In this document: positions 44,935 through 54,725 of the stretch, in pieces
Numbering within the stretch: position 1 is the stretch's first letter
How the letters are laid out: every line of letters begins with the position of its first letter
NCBI GenBank assembly: GCA_029258795.1
Contig: JAPDKB010000007.1
Span: forward strand, 224,001 to 288,000
Length of the DNA stretch: 64,000 bases
From: an archaeon
GTDB lineage: Archaea > EX4484-52 > WAPT01
Direction: 5' to 3'
Position numbers and translations under genes: made by a program
Notes under the pieces: generated by a model
What the model saw: only the letters and a program-made list of their open reading frames with translations
What the model was told of the DNA's origin: nothing
Databases searched by the model: none

Positions 44935-46269
44935 ATGGCGGAAGTAAGCGTTCTGGAGCTCGCGAGGAAAATCATGGCAAAGGGCTATATCTGCAATCAT
45001 TGCTTGGGTAGGCAGTTCGCCGAGCTTCTTAGTGGGACAAACAATGAGGAGAGAGGCAGGGCAATAAGGATGGCTATTGCGATGGAGATTGATGCGGGAA
45101 ATGTGGAAGTATGTCAGAAAAAAGATTCGGGTGGCAAAAAGGTTTTGGTGGAGAATTTTGTGGAGATGAACTTTCATCTCAACAAAAAAGTAAACAAAAT
45201 GCTGGAAAAGGTCAGCAAGGATGATGTGGAATGCTTTCTGTGCAGAAATCTGATGGATAAGCTGGATGAGATGGCGCAGAACGTTGTGAGAGAGCTTGAG
45301 AACTACGAATACGAAACGTTTCTGGTGGGTGTGAAGCTTCCCGAACATCTGGAAAATGCGGAGAACAACTTGTGGGAGGAAGTCGGGAATGCTTATGCTG
45401 AAAGTATAAGAGGTGAGATAACGAGAGAGGTTGGCAAAAGAGTTCAGCAGATTACGGGCAAGATGGTTGAGATGAAAAGTCCTGACATAACTATAATTTT
45501 AAACCTCCAGAGAAATGTGATTGAGCTTGTTGTAACACCACTCTACATCTACGGCAGATATAACAAATACAAGGAGATGCCTCAGGCCAGATGGGTGTGC
45601 AGACACTGCAATGGGATTGGATGCGAAAAATGTGAGTGGAAAGGAAAGCTCTACGAAGATAGCGTGCAGGATAGGATTGGGGAAGTGCTTGTTAATATGG
45701 CTCGCGGTGTAGATACGAAAATACACGGAGCGGGAAGGGAAGATATAGATGCGTTATGTACTGGATGGAGGGAGTTCGTGATAGAGGTGCTGGAGCCGAA
45801 AAAAAGAAGCATCGACCTGAAAAAAGCTGAGAAAGAGATAAACAAGCGTAATAAAGGTGTGGTGGAGGTTAAGGACCTTAAATTTGTTGATAAGAACTTC
45901 GTGAGATTGCTGAAGGAAAAAAGAACCTGGAAGGTTTATGAAGCCGTTGTGAAGTTTGAAAGCGAGGTGGATGAGGAAGAGCTAAGGAAGTTGAAGGGGT
46001 ATGAAGCAGTCATATCTCAAAGAACTCCAAATCGTGTGCTGCACAGGAGGAGTGATAAAGTGAGGAAGAGGAAGGTCAGGATAATGGATGTGAAGAAGAT
46101 AGATGATGTAAGAGCTAGGATAACCATTGAGGCGGAAGCTGGCACTTACATAAAGGAGTTTGTGAGCGGTGATGAGGGCAGGACAAAGCCGTCTGTTGCT
46201 GAGTTGGTTGGCAAGAAGTGTGAGGTTGAGAAGCTGATCGTGGTGGGTTTCATAGATAAGGAAAGCTGA
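44935..46269 (+). CDS. pus10: tRNA pseudouridine(54/55) synthase Pus10
   Basis: CNHCLGRQF, THUMP region, HGAGREDIDA, QRTPNRVLHRR, AGTYIKE. Confidence 0.95.
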   Translation: MAEVSVLELARKIMAKGYICNHCLGRQFAELLSGTNNEERGRAIRMAIAMEIDAGNVEVCQKKDSGGKKVLVENFVEMNFHLNKKVNKMLEKVSKDDVECFLCRNLMDKLDEMAQNVVRELENYEYETFLVGVKLPEHLENAENNLWEEVGNAYAESIRGEITREVGKRVQQITGKMVEMKSPDITIILNLQRNVIELVVTPLYIYGRYNKYKEMPQARWVCRHCNGIGCEKCEWKGKLYEDSVQDRIGEVLVNMARGVDTKIHGAGREDIDALCTGWREFVIEVLEPKKRSIDLKKAEKEINKRNKGVVEVKDLKFVDKNFVRLLKEKRTWKVYEAVVKFESEVDEEELRKLKGYEAVISQRTPNRVLHRRSDKVRKRKVRIMDVKKIDDVRARITIEAEAGTYIKEFVSGDEGRTKPSVAELVGKKCEVEKLIVVGFIDKES

Positions 46270-46347
46270 AAGTACAGCAGCTTCCTGCACCTTTAAAAAT
46301 TTATTGCCCATATATTTTGTGGTATCTTCTGTATTGGGGTGAAGTGA

Positions 46348-46653
46348 ATGGGCAGAAAGGCAAAGGGCCCTAGAGCTGGTACAAGAAGGTTGCTTGCAAG
46401 GAAGGAAAAAAGGAAGTTGACAGTTAATGATGTGATGAAGCAGTTTGACATCGGAGATTATGTTGCCATCAAGATAAACCCGTCTGTGCAGAAAGGTATG
46501 CCTCACCCGCGCTTTTACGGAAGGACTGGCAGGATTGTGGAGAAGCGCGGTATGGCTTATGTTGTGGAAGTGAGAGATGGAGGTAAAATGAAGAAAATTA
46601 TCGTAAGGCCAGAGCATCTTAAAGCTGTGCAGGTACAGGTTAAGAATGAGTAA
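46348..46653 (+). CDS. rpl21e: 50S ribosomal protein eL21
   Basis: GMPHPRFYGRTG, RPEHL. Confidence 0.97.
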   Translation: MGRKAKGPRAGTRRLLARKEKRKLTVNDVMKQFDIGDYVAIKINPSVQKGMPHPRFYGRTGRIVEKRGMAYVVEVRDGGKMKKIIVRPEHLKAVQVQVKNE

Positions 46654-46674
46654 AATGGAAGGTGTGTGATTGCT

Positions 46675-47118
46675 ATGAAGGTTGTTGAGGAAACTCCCGT
46701 AACCTTTGCTGAAGCGAAGGAAATAATGGAAAATCTGGAGAAGGAAAGGGAAGAGCTTGGTTATGAGCAAAAGATCACTCTTGATTTCTTCAAAAGCTGT
46801 GTAAATGTCAGTGTCGAAGATGTTAGGAAGGCGAGAGAAGAGTTAAAGAAAGAAATTCCCGAGCTTAAAGACCATCAGATAGTTATGATACTTAACATAC
46901 TGCCCGAGAATGAGGAGGATGTGAAAATAATCTTTGCCAAGGAAAGGATGGAGCTGGACGATGCAAAAATCAAGAAGATTCTTGAAATAGTGGACAAGAT
47001 AAGGCCTGAGGAAAGGATAACCTACAAGCCGTTTGGAGCTTCTCGAAAGGAGGAGAAAAGTGAAGAGGAATCAGAGAGCGAGAATGGCGAGGAGCAAAAA
47101 GAGGAAGAAAGCGGCTGA
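46675..47118 (+). CDS. rpo4: RNA polymerase subunit Rpo4 (F)
   Basis: VTFAEAKEI, ELGYEQ, ILP...IFAKE; conserved rpl21e-rpoF-DUF655-rsmA gene order. Confidence 0.9.
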   Translation: MKVVEETPVTFAEAKEIMENLEKEREELGYEQKITLDFFKSCVNVSVEDVRKAREELKKEIPELKDHQIVMILNILPENEEDVKIIFAKERMELDDAKIKKILEIVDKIRPEERITYKPFGASRKEEKSEEESESENGEEQKEEESG

Positions 47119-47184
47119 TTCTGAAAGGTTGTATGAATTTATAAAAGTTTAGTGACGAAAATAAAGTGTAGCGGGGTGTTGGTC

Positions 47185-47757
47185 ATGATGTTTCCTCGAA
47201 AACCCAAAGAAGAATGGGCATATGTGCTGGATTTCTTGCCCGTGGGACATCCCGCTAACAGAGAGAAAAGGCCCATAGCTCAGGTCATAGGAGTGGACTA
47301 TTTCACCCTTCTCAAGGTAGCGCCCAAGCCGGGCGTGAAGCTGGACGTTATGGAAAAGGTTTACATCGGGGAAGGAAAGAGAGATAAAATAGCAAGCATT
47401 ATAGGCAGGATCAATGTTTCCGAGCTTACTGCCTCTGCTTACGCTGAGCTCGAATACGCAATCCAGAAGATTGTGGAAGAAAATGAGAGGAAGTTTGTGG
47501 AGTTTTTCAACACAGCTGGACCTTTAACAACCAAGCTGCATCAGCTTGAACTCTTGCCAGGAATAGGCAAGAAGCACATGTGGGAGATAATAGAGGAGAG
47601 GAAGAAGAAGCCGTTTGAGAGCTTTGAAGATATAAAGAAGAGAGTAACCACTCTGCCAGATCCAAAAAAAGCGATAGTCAAAAGGGTGATGGAAGAGCTG
47701 GAAGGTACGGATGAAAAGTGGTTCCTGTTCGTGCCACGAAAGCCAAGGGAGTTCTGA
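47185..47757 (+). CDS. DUF655 (COG1491) putative RNA-binding protein
   Basis: YVLDFLP.G, FTLL, FFNTAGPLTTKLHQLELLPGIGKK. Confidence 0.92.
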   Translation: MMFPRKPKEEWAYVLDFLPVGHPANREKRPIAQVIGVDYFTLLKVAPKPGVKLDVMEKVYIGEGKRDKIASIIGRINVSELTASAYAELEYAIQKIVEENERKFVEFFNTAGPLTTKLHQLELLPGIGKKHMWEIIEERKKKPFESFEDIKKRVTTLPDPKKAIVKRVMEELEGTDEKWFLFVPRKPREF

Positions 47758-47813
47758 AGGTTTAACTTGCGGAATAATTATTGCAATATCTTCGTTGCTG
47801 TGATGATGCCGCT

Positions 47814-48656
47814 ATGCGTGCAGCCGAAATTATGAGAAGATACGGTATAAAGCCCGATAAAGCTCTAGGACAGCACTTTCTGGTGGATAAAAACATAATA
47901 AAGAAGGAAGTTGAGCTCGCAGAAGTGAGTAAGGATGACGTTGTGCTTGAAATAGGCGCGGGTTTTGGGATGTTGACTGAAGCGCTGGTTGGTGTGGCTA
48001 AGAAAGTTGTGGCTGTGGAAAAGGATGTTGCTCTTGCCAACATTCTCAGGCAGGAGTTTGAGGATGAAGTAAAGGCAGGCAAGCTTGAAGTTGTGGAGGG
48101 TGACGCTCTTTTGGTTGATTTTCCTCCTTTTGATAAGTGCGTATCCAACATCCCATACAACATTGCTTCTGAAATCGTGGAAAAGCTATGCCACTATGCA
48201 AAGGACACCACGCTCTGCGTGCAGAAAGATTTTGGTGAGAGGCTGGTTGCGAAGCCGGGAGATAAGAACTATTCCAGAATAAGTGTGCTTGTCAGGTTTC
48301 ATTTTGAGCCATACTATATCTACACGGTCTCACGCTTCTGTTTCATCCCTACCCCAAAAGTTGATTCATGCATAGTGAGGTTGATACCGAAAAAGGAACG
48401 GGTTGTTGGGGATGAGGAAAAGGAGGGGTTCTTCAACATGATCAGAGCTCTATTTGTTCACAGGAAGAAGAGCGTTAAAAACGCTTTTATTGCATCACGT
48501 GGCATGGCCAGTCTGAAAAAGGATGAAGCGAAAAAGGTTTTTGAAGCTGTGCCCTATGGGGATAAAAAGGTGTTCCGGCTTAGTGTTGAGGAGCTGGCCG
48601 AGCTCTTTGAGTGGTGCAAAGGTCAAAAGTTAAATTTCAGCAAGACCAATGGATAG
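47814..48656 (+). CDS. rsmA: 16S rRNA dimethyladenosine transferase RsmA/KsgA
   Basis: LGQHFL, VLEIGAGFG.LT, SNIPYNI, F.PTPKVDS, F.HRKK. Confidence 0.95.
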   Translation: MRAAEIMRRYGIKPDKALGQHFLVDKNIIKKEVELAEVSKDDVVLEIGAGFGMLTEALVGVAKKVVAVEKDVALANILRQEFEDEVKAGKLEVVEGDALLVDFPPFDKCVSNIPYNIASEIVEKLCHYAKDTTLCVQKDFGERLVAKPGDKNYSRISVLVRFHFEPYYIYTVSRFCFIPTPKVDSCIVRLIPKKERVVGDEEKEGFFNMIRALFVHRKKSVKNAFIASRGMASLKKDEAKKVFEAVPYGDKKVFRLSVEELAELFEWCKGQKLNFSKTNG

Positions 48657-48658
48657 TT

Positions 48659-49312
48659 ATGAAGCTTGTTGACCATTTGAAAGAGAAGTTTAGTGTGGTG
48701 GATGATGAGCTCGTTCTTGCCTACATAAAATCGGGATATGTGAAAGTTGGTGGAGATGTTGTTACCAATCCCCACTTCGAGCTGAAGGACAGAAAAGTGG
48801 AGTTGGAAAAGCCGGAGTTGCTTGAAAAGGGGAAGGATTACTGGTGCATGAACGAGGTGATTGATCTCTGCAACATTAGAGAGCTTGACAGGGTGCTTGG
48901 TTTTGAGATGAAGCAAGAACATGTGGATGCGATGCTTGAAAAAAGGGCTGAAGTTGTGGTGCTCAATTTTCAGGATTACGGACTTGAGAATTATGTTCAG
49001 TGTCATGTCGGTAATCTGTTTTATGATGATTTCACATCTCTGCTGAAGGGAAAGTTCGATGTGATGGTCAGTTTTGTTAAGTCAAATCCCGTGCGCGTTT
49101 TTGGGATAGTGGAGCGTTATCTACCATTGATGATGGAGAACTTCAGGGTTGTGGTTGTCTCAAGCGGGGCAGCGTTTGATTCACTAAGCGAGATGAAAGA
49201 AGCTTATAGCAATGCGGCAAGCTTGCTTTTGCTCGAGCTTAAGAAAGCGAGAACGTTTCCGTTTGATGAGCTCGTTGCCATGGTTTTTGAAAAGAAGAAG
49301 GTGGTGCTGTAA
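48659..49312 (+). CDS. S4-domain protein with degenerate Rossmann/methyltransferase-like C-terminus
   Basis: IKSGYVKVGGDVVTNPHFEL S4 motif; FDVMVS strand; no Gly-rich SAM loop. Confidence 0.55.
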   Translation: MKLVDHLKEKFSVVDDELVLAYIKSGYVKVGGDVVTNPHFELKDRKVELEKPELLEKGKDYWCMNEVIDLCNIRELDRVLGFEMKQEHVDAMLEKRAEVVVLNFQDYGLENYVQCHVGNLFYDDFTSLLKGKFDVMVSFVKSNPVRVFGIVERYLPLMMENFRVVVVSSGAAFDSLSEMKEAYSNAASLLLLELKKARTFPFDELVAMVFEKKKVVL

Positions 49313-49660
49313 ATGTACCTTGAATTGCTCGTAATTCTTCTTTCAGTCGCGTGCTTTTTTCTGACTGTGCTTCTTGTTGAGACGAGAAGGAAGGTTAAGC
49401 AGTACGAATCCGAGCTGTTGAGCAAGCGTGTTCTCCACGGCAAAATCGTGGAGCAGCTCGCGCCATTCTTAGAGAGGTTCAGGGGTGCTTTAAGGGACTT
49501 CCGTTTCATAGGGTCTCCGATAGATGGCATAATATTTGGAGAAGATGAGATTGTATTTGTGGAAGTGAAAACGGGAAATGCAAAGCTAACCGAGAAACAG
49601 AAAAGGATAAAAAGAATGGTGGAGGAAAAGAGAGTAAGGTGGGAGGAGGTAAGGTTATGA
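49313..49660 (+). CDS. membrane-anchored Holliday-junction-resolvase-like endonuclease (COG4741)
   Basis: N-terminal TM, GKIVEQLAPF, RFIGSPIDGIIF, FVEVKTG, QKRIK. Confidence 0.85.
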   Translation: MYLELLVILLSVACFFLTVLLVETRRKVKQYESELLSKRVLHGKIVEQLAPFLERFRGALRDFRFIGSPIDGIIFGEDEIVFVEVKTGNAKLTEKQKRIKRMVEEKRVRWEEVRL

Positions 49661-50232
49661 TGCGCTTCTACTTCGATAAAAGAGAGGTGGAGGAGCTGCT
49701 CATCTCGGCTGCTGTTGCTGCTTTCGTCTTCAGCTTTCGTGAGCTGCTTCATGCTGATTATTACGGAGCGTTGAGTGTGAGCTTAGCTGTGTTTCTGGGT
49801 TTTGTGCTGCATGAGAGTGCTCACAAAATCACGGCCATAAAATACGGAAATTATGCCAGATTCGTTATGTGGAAGGAGGGGCTTGCCATAGCACTTTTAC
49901 TCGCTTTCGTCACGCTCGGGAAGTTTGTTTTCCTTGCGCCGGGAGCGGTGATGATAGGTACGCTGCGCGGAACCCTGAGTTCGAGGGAGAATGCCGTTAT
50001 CTCGGCTGCCGGACCCATGACCAACATCCTGATAGCAGCTGCATGCTACCTCCTCGCTTTGTTCATCCCCATCCAGATGTTGAGGTTGATAGTGGTAATC
50101 AACGGCTACATAGCATTCTTCAACCTTCTTCCCATTCCTCCACTTGACGGCTCCAAGATAATATGGTACAGCATAGTGGTGTGGATTGCGCTTATGGCTG
50201 TAGCGTGTTTCTTTGCATTTTTCGCATTCTAA
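49657..50232 (+). CDS. site-2 protease (M50) family protein
   Basis: LHESAH, ISAAGP..N, FNLLPIPPLDGSK. Confidence 0.93.
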   Translation: MMRFYFDKREVEELLISAAVAAFVFSFRELLHADYYGALSVSLAVFLGFVLHESAHKITAIKYGNYARFVMWKEGLAIALLLAFVTLGKFVFLAPGAVMIGTLRGTLSSRENAVISAAGPMTNILIAAACYLLALFIPIQMLRLIVVINGYIAFFNLLPIPPLDGSKIIWYSIVVWIALMAVACFFAFFAF

Positions 50233-50314
50233 AATTTTGATGATGGCGGCAACTTTTTGGATTGCTCGTGAAAAAGAAAAAGTTTTATAATGTGGCTCAG
50301 TTCAATAATTCATC

Positions 50315-50608
50315 ATGCTTTTTGAAATTCTTGAGCTTTTCAAAGAAATGCTGTTCACCATGGGCAGCAGTGCTGTCGGCACTGGTGGTAAAATAGTGTC
50401 ATTGTTCCTTAAAATCATAGATGTGATAAGGACGGGATTACCGACAGCATCCCCGGTGGAAATATTTCTGACTGTGATCTTCTTTGGTTTAATAGTGATG
50501 ATCGTGCTGAACACCGTGATGGGGTCGATAAGAACCCTATTTATGATTGGAGTCATAGTTATAGGAATGCTCTTATTTCTTTCCATTCTTACTGGGGGGC
50601 TTTTTTGA
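50315..50608 (+). CDS. small membrane protein
   Basis: Two hydrophobic helices in the C-terminal half. Confidence 0.6.
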   Translation: MLFEILELFKEMLFTMGSSAVGTGGKIVSLFLKIIDVIRTGLPTASPVEIFLTVIFFGLIVMIVLNTVMGSIRTLFMIGVIVIGMLLFLSILTGGLF

Positions 50609-50881
50609 AGAGAAGATATCTCTCAACAACGAGCATTCAACTTTTATCGAGTATCCTCCTGCTGACTTTTTTTTCATCAGCTTCCTAACTTTCAAAAGGA
50701 GTTTTATCAGCTTAACATTTCTCAGAAGTTTGATCACATTAGCCCTTTTGATTCGAATTGTTCTGCTCTGCGGATTGATTTCAAGAGAGCATAATCTCGC
50801 TCCCTCCTCATCAATGATGTTGACCTCCATCCCGACTTTAGAAGCTTCCAGAAGTTCGAGCAATTCCCTAACATTTTCCAT
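50573..50881 (-). CDS. hypothetical basic protein
   Basis: 102-aa ORF divergent from the HerA-like gene. Confidence 0.5.
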   Translation of the reverse strand: MENVRELLELLEASKVGMEVNIIDEEGARLCSLEINPQSRTIRIKRANVIKLLRNVKLIKLLLKVRKLMKKKSAGGYSIKVECSLLRDIFSSKKPPSKNGKK

Positions 50882-50941
50882 TTGGGGAAATTAGGAGGTT
50901 ATATTTAAAATTTAATTAGTCGTGTTCCCAAATTAAACCAC

Positions 50942-52213
50942 ATGCACAAGATTATTGTGGGGAGAGACCAGTGGGATGTTGAGAAGTATGGTGAATTAGG
51001 TACTGGATTTATAGGCAAGAACTATGTGGGAGAGAAAAAGGAGGCACGCCTCACCATCCCCATCCGGATTGATCTTGCCAGACCCCATGTAATAGGAATA
51101 TTTGGAAAGAGAGGTATGGGTAAATCCTACACCATGGGAACGCTTGTGGAAGAGATCATGCTCCTGCCCGAAAACGTCAGGAAAAATGTTAGCGCTTTGG
51201 TTATAGACACCATGGGTATCTTCTGGAGCATGAAGTATCCGAACGACAAGGATTTCAAAGTTCTGCTTTCGTGGAATCTGCACCCCCGCGGCTTTCCAAT
51301 AGAGGTGCTCGTTCCGGAGGGCTTGGAGGAGGAGTACCGGAGGGAGGAGATACCATACGACGGTACTTTTTCATTTAAAGCAAGTGATCTGACCGCTGAG
51401 GACTGGGCTTACACCTTTGAGATCGATTTGATGGGTGAGGTAGGTGTGTTCCTTGATAGATTCATAAAGGATTTGAAGGAGGAAGAACAGGATTACACTC
51501 TGGAAACGCTGATTTACCGGCTGGAGGAGATGCCGAAGAGCTACATAAGAGATGCGCTCATAAACCGATTCAGCGTGGCTGAAGAATGGGGGATTTTCAG
51601 CGCTGCCGGAACGGATATGAAGGAGCTTGTAAAGCCGGGGAAGGTTGTGGTGCTCGACATCTCGCTGCTGGGCTCGTTCTCGCTGGGATGGAATGTCAAA
51701 ACGCTGGTTGTGGGGCTGCTTGCAAGAAAACTGCTTTATGAAAGAATGAAAGCCAGGAGAAAGGAGGAGCTTGACAGCATGAGCGGGATAGAGAAATCTC
51801 ACATGCCGATAGTGTGGATGTTTCTGGATGAGGCGCATCAGTTCCTGCCGTCTGAAGGTAAAACTGCCGCAACAGACCCTCTCGTGCAGTGGGTGAAGCT
51901 CGGGAGAGAGCCCGGCGTTTCTCTTGTGCTGGCGACGCAGCAGCCAAACAAGCTGCACGAAGCTGCGATAAGCCAGATGGATGTTGTGATCTCTCATCGT
52001 CTGACGGCACGCTCGGATCTTGAAGCGCTGAGAAACATAATGCAAACTTATCTCAAATACGACCTTGCAGCTTACATCGACATGCTTCCCCGTGTGAAGG
52101 GTGCTGCCGTGATTCTGGACGATAACTCGGAGAGAATTTATGCTGCGCAGATGAGGCCCCGCATTTCCTGGCATGCTGGAGGCACACCCATAGCAATAAA
52201 AGAAGTGGAGTAA
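50942..52213 (+). CDS. HerA/FtsK-family ATPase (DUF87)
   Basis: HVIGIFGKRGMGKS Walker A, VIDTMG, FLDEAHQF Walker B, GREPGVSLVLATQQP. Confidence 0.88.
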   Translation: MHKIIVGRDQWDVEKYGELGTGFIGKNYVGEKKEARLTIPIRIDLARPHVIGIFGKRGMGKSYTMGTLVEEIMLLPENVRKNVSALVIDTMGIFWSMKYPNDKDFKVLLSWNLHPRGFPIEVLVPEGLEEEYRREEIPYDGTFSFKASDLTAEDWAYTFEIDLMGEVGVFLDRFIKDLKEEEQDYTLETLIYRLEEMPKSYIRDALINRFSVAEEWGIFSAAGTDMKELVKPGKVVVLDISLLGSFSLGWNVKTLVVGLLARKLLYERMKARRKEELDSMSGIEKSHMPIVWMFLDEAHQFLPSEGKTAATDPLVQWVKLGREPGVSLVLATQQPNKLHEAAISQMDVVISHRLTARSDLEALRNIMQTYLKYDLAAYIDMLPRVKGAAVILDDNSERIYAAQMRPRISWHAGGTPIAIKEVE

Positions 52214-52219
52214 AAGCCA

Positions 52220-53335
52220 TTACTTTTTCTTTCTCCTAGTCCTCTTCTTTTCATTCTTGGGTTGAGAAGTGCCCTCATTAGCTGGAGGCATCGAATTTCC
52301 AAAATAAAGCTTCCTCACAGGCCATGAAATCTCTATGCCTTCCTCATCGAACCTCTTTTTGAGATCTTTTATGAACTCGTGCATGATTGTGTAGCGGTAA
52401 GCATAATCCTTTGCTCTCAGTATTATGGCAAATTCTATGTTGGAATCGCCAAAGTTGTTGTACCTTACCAAAGGTTCCCATGATGTTTCGCACATATCTG
52501 CAAGCTTTTCCTGCGTTTTCCTTGCAACCTCCTTGACAATCCTCTCCACCCTTTCCAGGTCGGAGTCGTAAGCCACACCACAATTCACTATGACGTTTGT
52601 GGGCTTGACAGGCATCGCATAATTGATTATTTTACTCTGCGAAAGCTTGGAGTTCGGGATTATGATGGTGTAGTCTCCAAGCGCCCTTATTCTGGTGGAA
52701 CGCCACCCCACATCATCCACATAGCCTATGGTGCCATCTTCCAGCTCAACAAAATCGCCAACTCTTATTGGTTTGTCGGACATGATATGGAGACCCGCAA
52801 AGAAGTCTGAAAGAGTGCTCTGTAAAGCCAGACCCACTGCTAAGCTACCCACACCGAGAGTGGCTATTAGGGGTGAGAGAGCTATATTGAAGTAGTCAAG
52901 GATGGTTAGGAAACCTATAGTAAAGACGAAAAGATATATAACCTTAGAAATGACTCCCGGTAGCTTGACCTTCTTTTCCTTCTCAAACCAGAAAGTTGCG
53001 AAGAACACGAAAATCTCTGCAACCATCCACGAAGCCACAAGAACTCCAACCACAAAGAAAAACTTGTCCAGATTGATAAGGAAGGTTAATTTCGATGAAA
53101 GTATTTCGGATGAGGTGTAGAGGCCGATGAGCACTACCAGCGCGACCAGAGGACGGGAGATTATATCAAGTAGGATATCATCCAGATCACTCTTTGTGCG
53201 CTTTGCAACCCTCCTGAAGTAGGGTATGATTATGTTTCTTATCACCAAAATCAGGAAAATGAAAACTCCGAGATTCAGCAAAGCGAGACCTTCTGGTGTG
53301 TGGAGTAAGAATCTGGACACCAAATTTGAAACCAT
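52220..53335 (-). CDS. mscS: small-conductance mechanosensitive channel MscS
   Basis: LGVGSLAVGLALQSTLSDFFAG, PIRVGD, IPNSKL, GVAYDSD. Confidence 0.93.
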   Translation of the reverse strand: MVSNLVSRFLLHTPEGLALLNLGVFIFLILVIRNIIIPYFRRVAKRTKSDLDDILLDIISRPLVALVVLIGLYTSSEILSSKLTFLINLDKFFFVVGVLVASWMVAEIFVFFATFWFEKEKKVKLPGVISKVIYLFVFTIGFLTILDYFNIALSPLIATLGVGSLAVGLALQSTLSDFFAGLHIMSDKPIRVGDFVELEDGTIGYVDDVGWRSTRIRALGDYTIIIPNSKLSQSKIINYAMPVKPTNVIVNCGVAYDSDLERVERIVKEVARKTQEKLADMCETSWEPLVRYNNFGDSNIEFAIILRAKDYAYRYTIMHEFIKDLKKRFDEEGIEISWPVRKLYFGNSMPPANEGTSQPKNEKKRTRRKKK

Positions 53336-53464
53336 AAATTAGAATTTCAAGTATGAAAAGATAAAAAGGTTTTGCGAAGCTGAAAGAAGAAAAAAGAAAA
53401 GGGAGGAAAGTTGTGGGGCTCGGACGGTGGCATTAATAGCGGTGGAGGGTTCATCCAGCAAATC

Positions 53465-53734
53465 TCAACTAACGACACCTCCTTTCCTTCCTGCAATGGT
53501 CCATAGCCAGTCCTGCATCACCTTTTCCTTCTCATACTTGCCGAATGCATGGGGGAACATGTCTGCCAGCTCCTCTATCCTTTTCCTCGCCTCCTCCTTT
53601 GCTTTCTGGAATTTTTTTTCGTGCTCAATTGATAGATTTCTGAACTCATACAGGAACATGTCTTTTGGGTTTAATCCCATTTCCTTCAACTTGTTCTTGA
53701 TCAAAATGATCTCATCTCCCATCATCAACACCAC
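53465..53734 (-). CDS. small hypothetical protein
   Basis: Strong GGGAGGTG RBS, charged helical 89-aa ORF. Confidence 0.6.
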   Translation of the reverse strand: MVLMMGDEIILIKNKLKEMGLNPKDMFLYEFRNLSIEHEKKFQKAKEEARKRIEELADMFPHAFGKYEKEKVMQDWLWTIAGRKGGVVS

Positions 53735-53743
53735 CTCCCAAAA

Positions 53744-53938
53744 TCATACTTTTGCATAGGCAGCTATGGTCTGCTGCACCGGCTGGTTGTGTAACTGGTG
53801 GAGTGGCTTACCATTCACGTAAACGGGATACACCTTGCTCAGCTCAATCAGCATCTGCCTTATTTTCCTCACCTGTTGTGGGTTCACACGCCCCCGCCTT
53901 CCATGAGTTCTGGAGTGGCTCACCACCATCTTGCTCAC
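53744..53938 (-). CDS. small basic hypothetical protein
   Basis: GGAGGTGA RBS; ends 9 nt before the next small ORF; start may be the downstream ATG. Confidence 0.55.
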   Translation of the reverse strand: MSKMVVSHSRTHGRRGRVNPQQVRKIRQMLIELSKVYPVYVNGKPLHQLHNQPVQQTIAAYAKV

Positions 53939-54059
53939 CTCCGTGTTAGAAGAAGTGAATCTGAGGGTATTTAAGGTAGAGCATATAGGTTTGCCGTTAT
54001 ACGTGCTTTCATGCCGATAGAAGGAGGTTGAATGGTGTGTTTGTATTTACTTTCAGATT

Positions 54060-54635
54060 TTATTCCAGCAGGTGTTTTCCCTCTTCCTTTATGAAGTTGA
54101 TGAAGGATTGAGTTGCTCTTTTTCTATGAGACACCTGATTTTTGTATTCGTAATCCTCAGCAAAGGTTCTGTCATGCCCTTCGGGAATGAAAATGGGGTC
54201 AAACCCAAACCCTTCTTTTCCGCGCTGCTTTTCAGCTATCATGCCATGACATTCTCCAGTGAAAATCCTCACATCATCCTGACTTAAAGCCAGTGCTATG
54301 ACTGCCTTAAACTTTGCAGCTCTGTTCTCCACACCCTCCATTAGTTTGAGCACACCTTCATTGCCTATGGTTCTGTACACGTAGGAAGAATAAACCCCCG
54401 GAAAGCCCTTGAGAGCGTGGATAAAGAGTCCTGCATCTTCCACCATCACCGGATGTCCCACAAGTCGGTAAGCTTCCTTTGCCTTGAATTCAGCCACCTT
54501 CTCCAGCTCATCCGCCTGAATTTCCGTTAGCTCAAGCTCAATGTGCTTTACATCCACGCCGTATTTTTGCAAAGCGTTTCTTATTTCCACCGCTTTGTGG
54601 GGATTGGAGGTTGCAAAGTAAATATGGAGTGGCAT
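54060..54635 (-). CDS. rdgB: non-canonical purine NTP pyrophosphatase (RdgB/HAM1)
   Basis: FATSNPHK, VEDAGL...GFPGVYS, GFGFDPIF, KNQVSHR; start ATG 54635. Confidence 0.95.
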   Translation of the reverse strand: MPLHIYFATSNPHKAVEIRNALQKYGVDVKHIELELTEIQADELEKVAEFKAKEAYRLVGHPVMVEDAGLFIHALKGFPGVYSSYVYRTIGNEGVLKLMEGVENRAAKFKAVIALALSQDDVRIFTGECHGMIAEKQRGKEGFGFDPIFIPEGHDRTFAEDYEYKNQVSHRKRATQSFINFIKEEGKHLLE

Positions 54636-54725
54636 GTTTCCATCACCATAATCGATAGTCAGGTATTTGAGAAAAATTTTTATAGGTGTTGTGCAATAAT
54701 TCATGCCTTATTGGTGGTTTGTATT

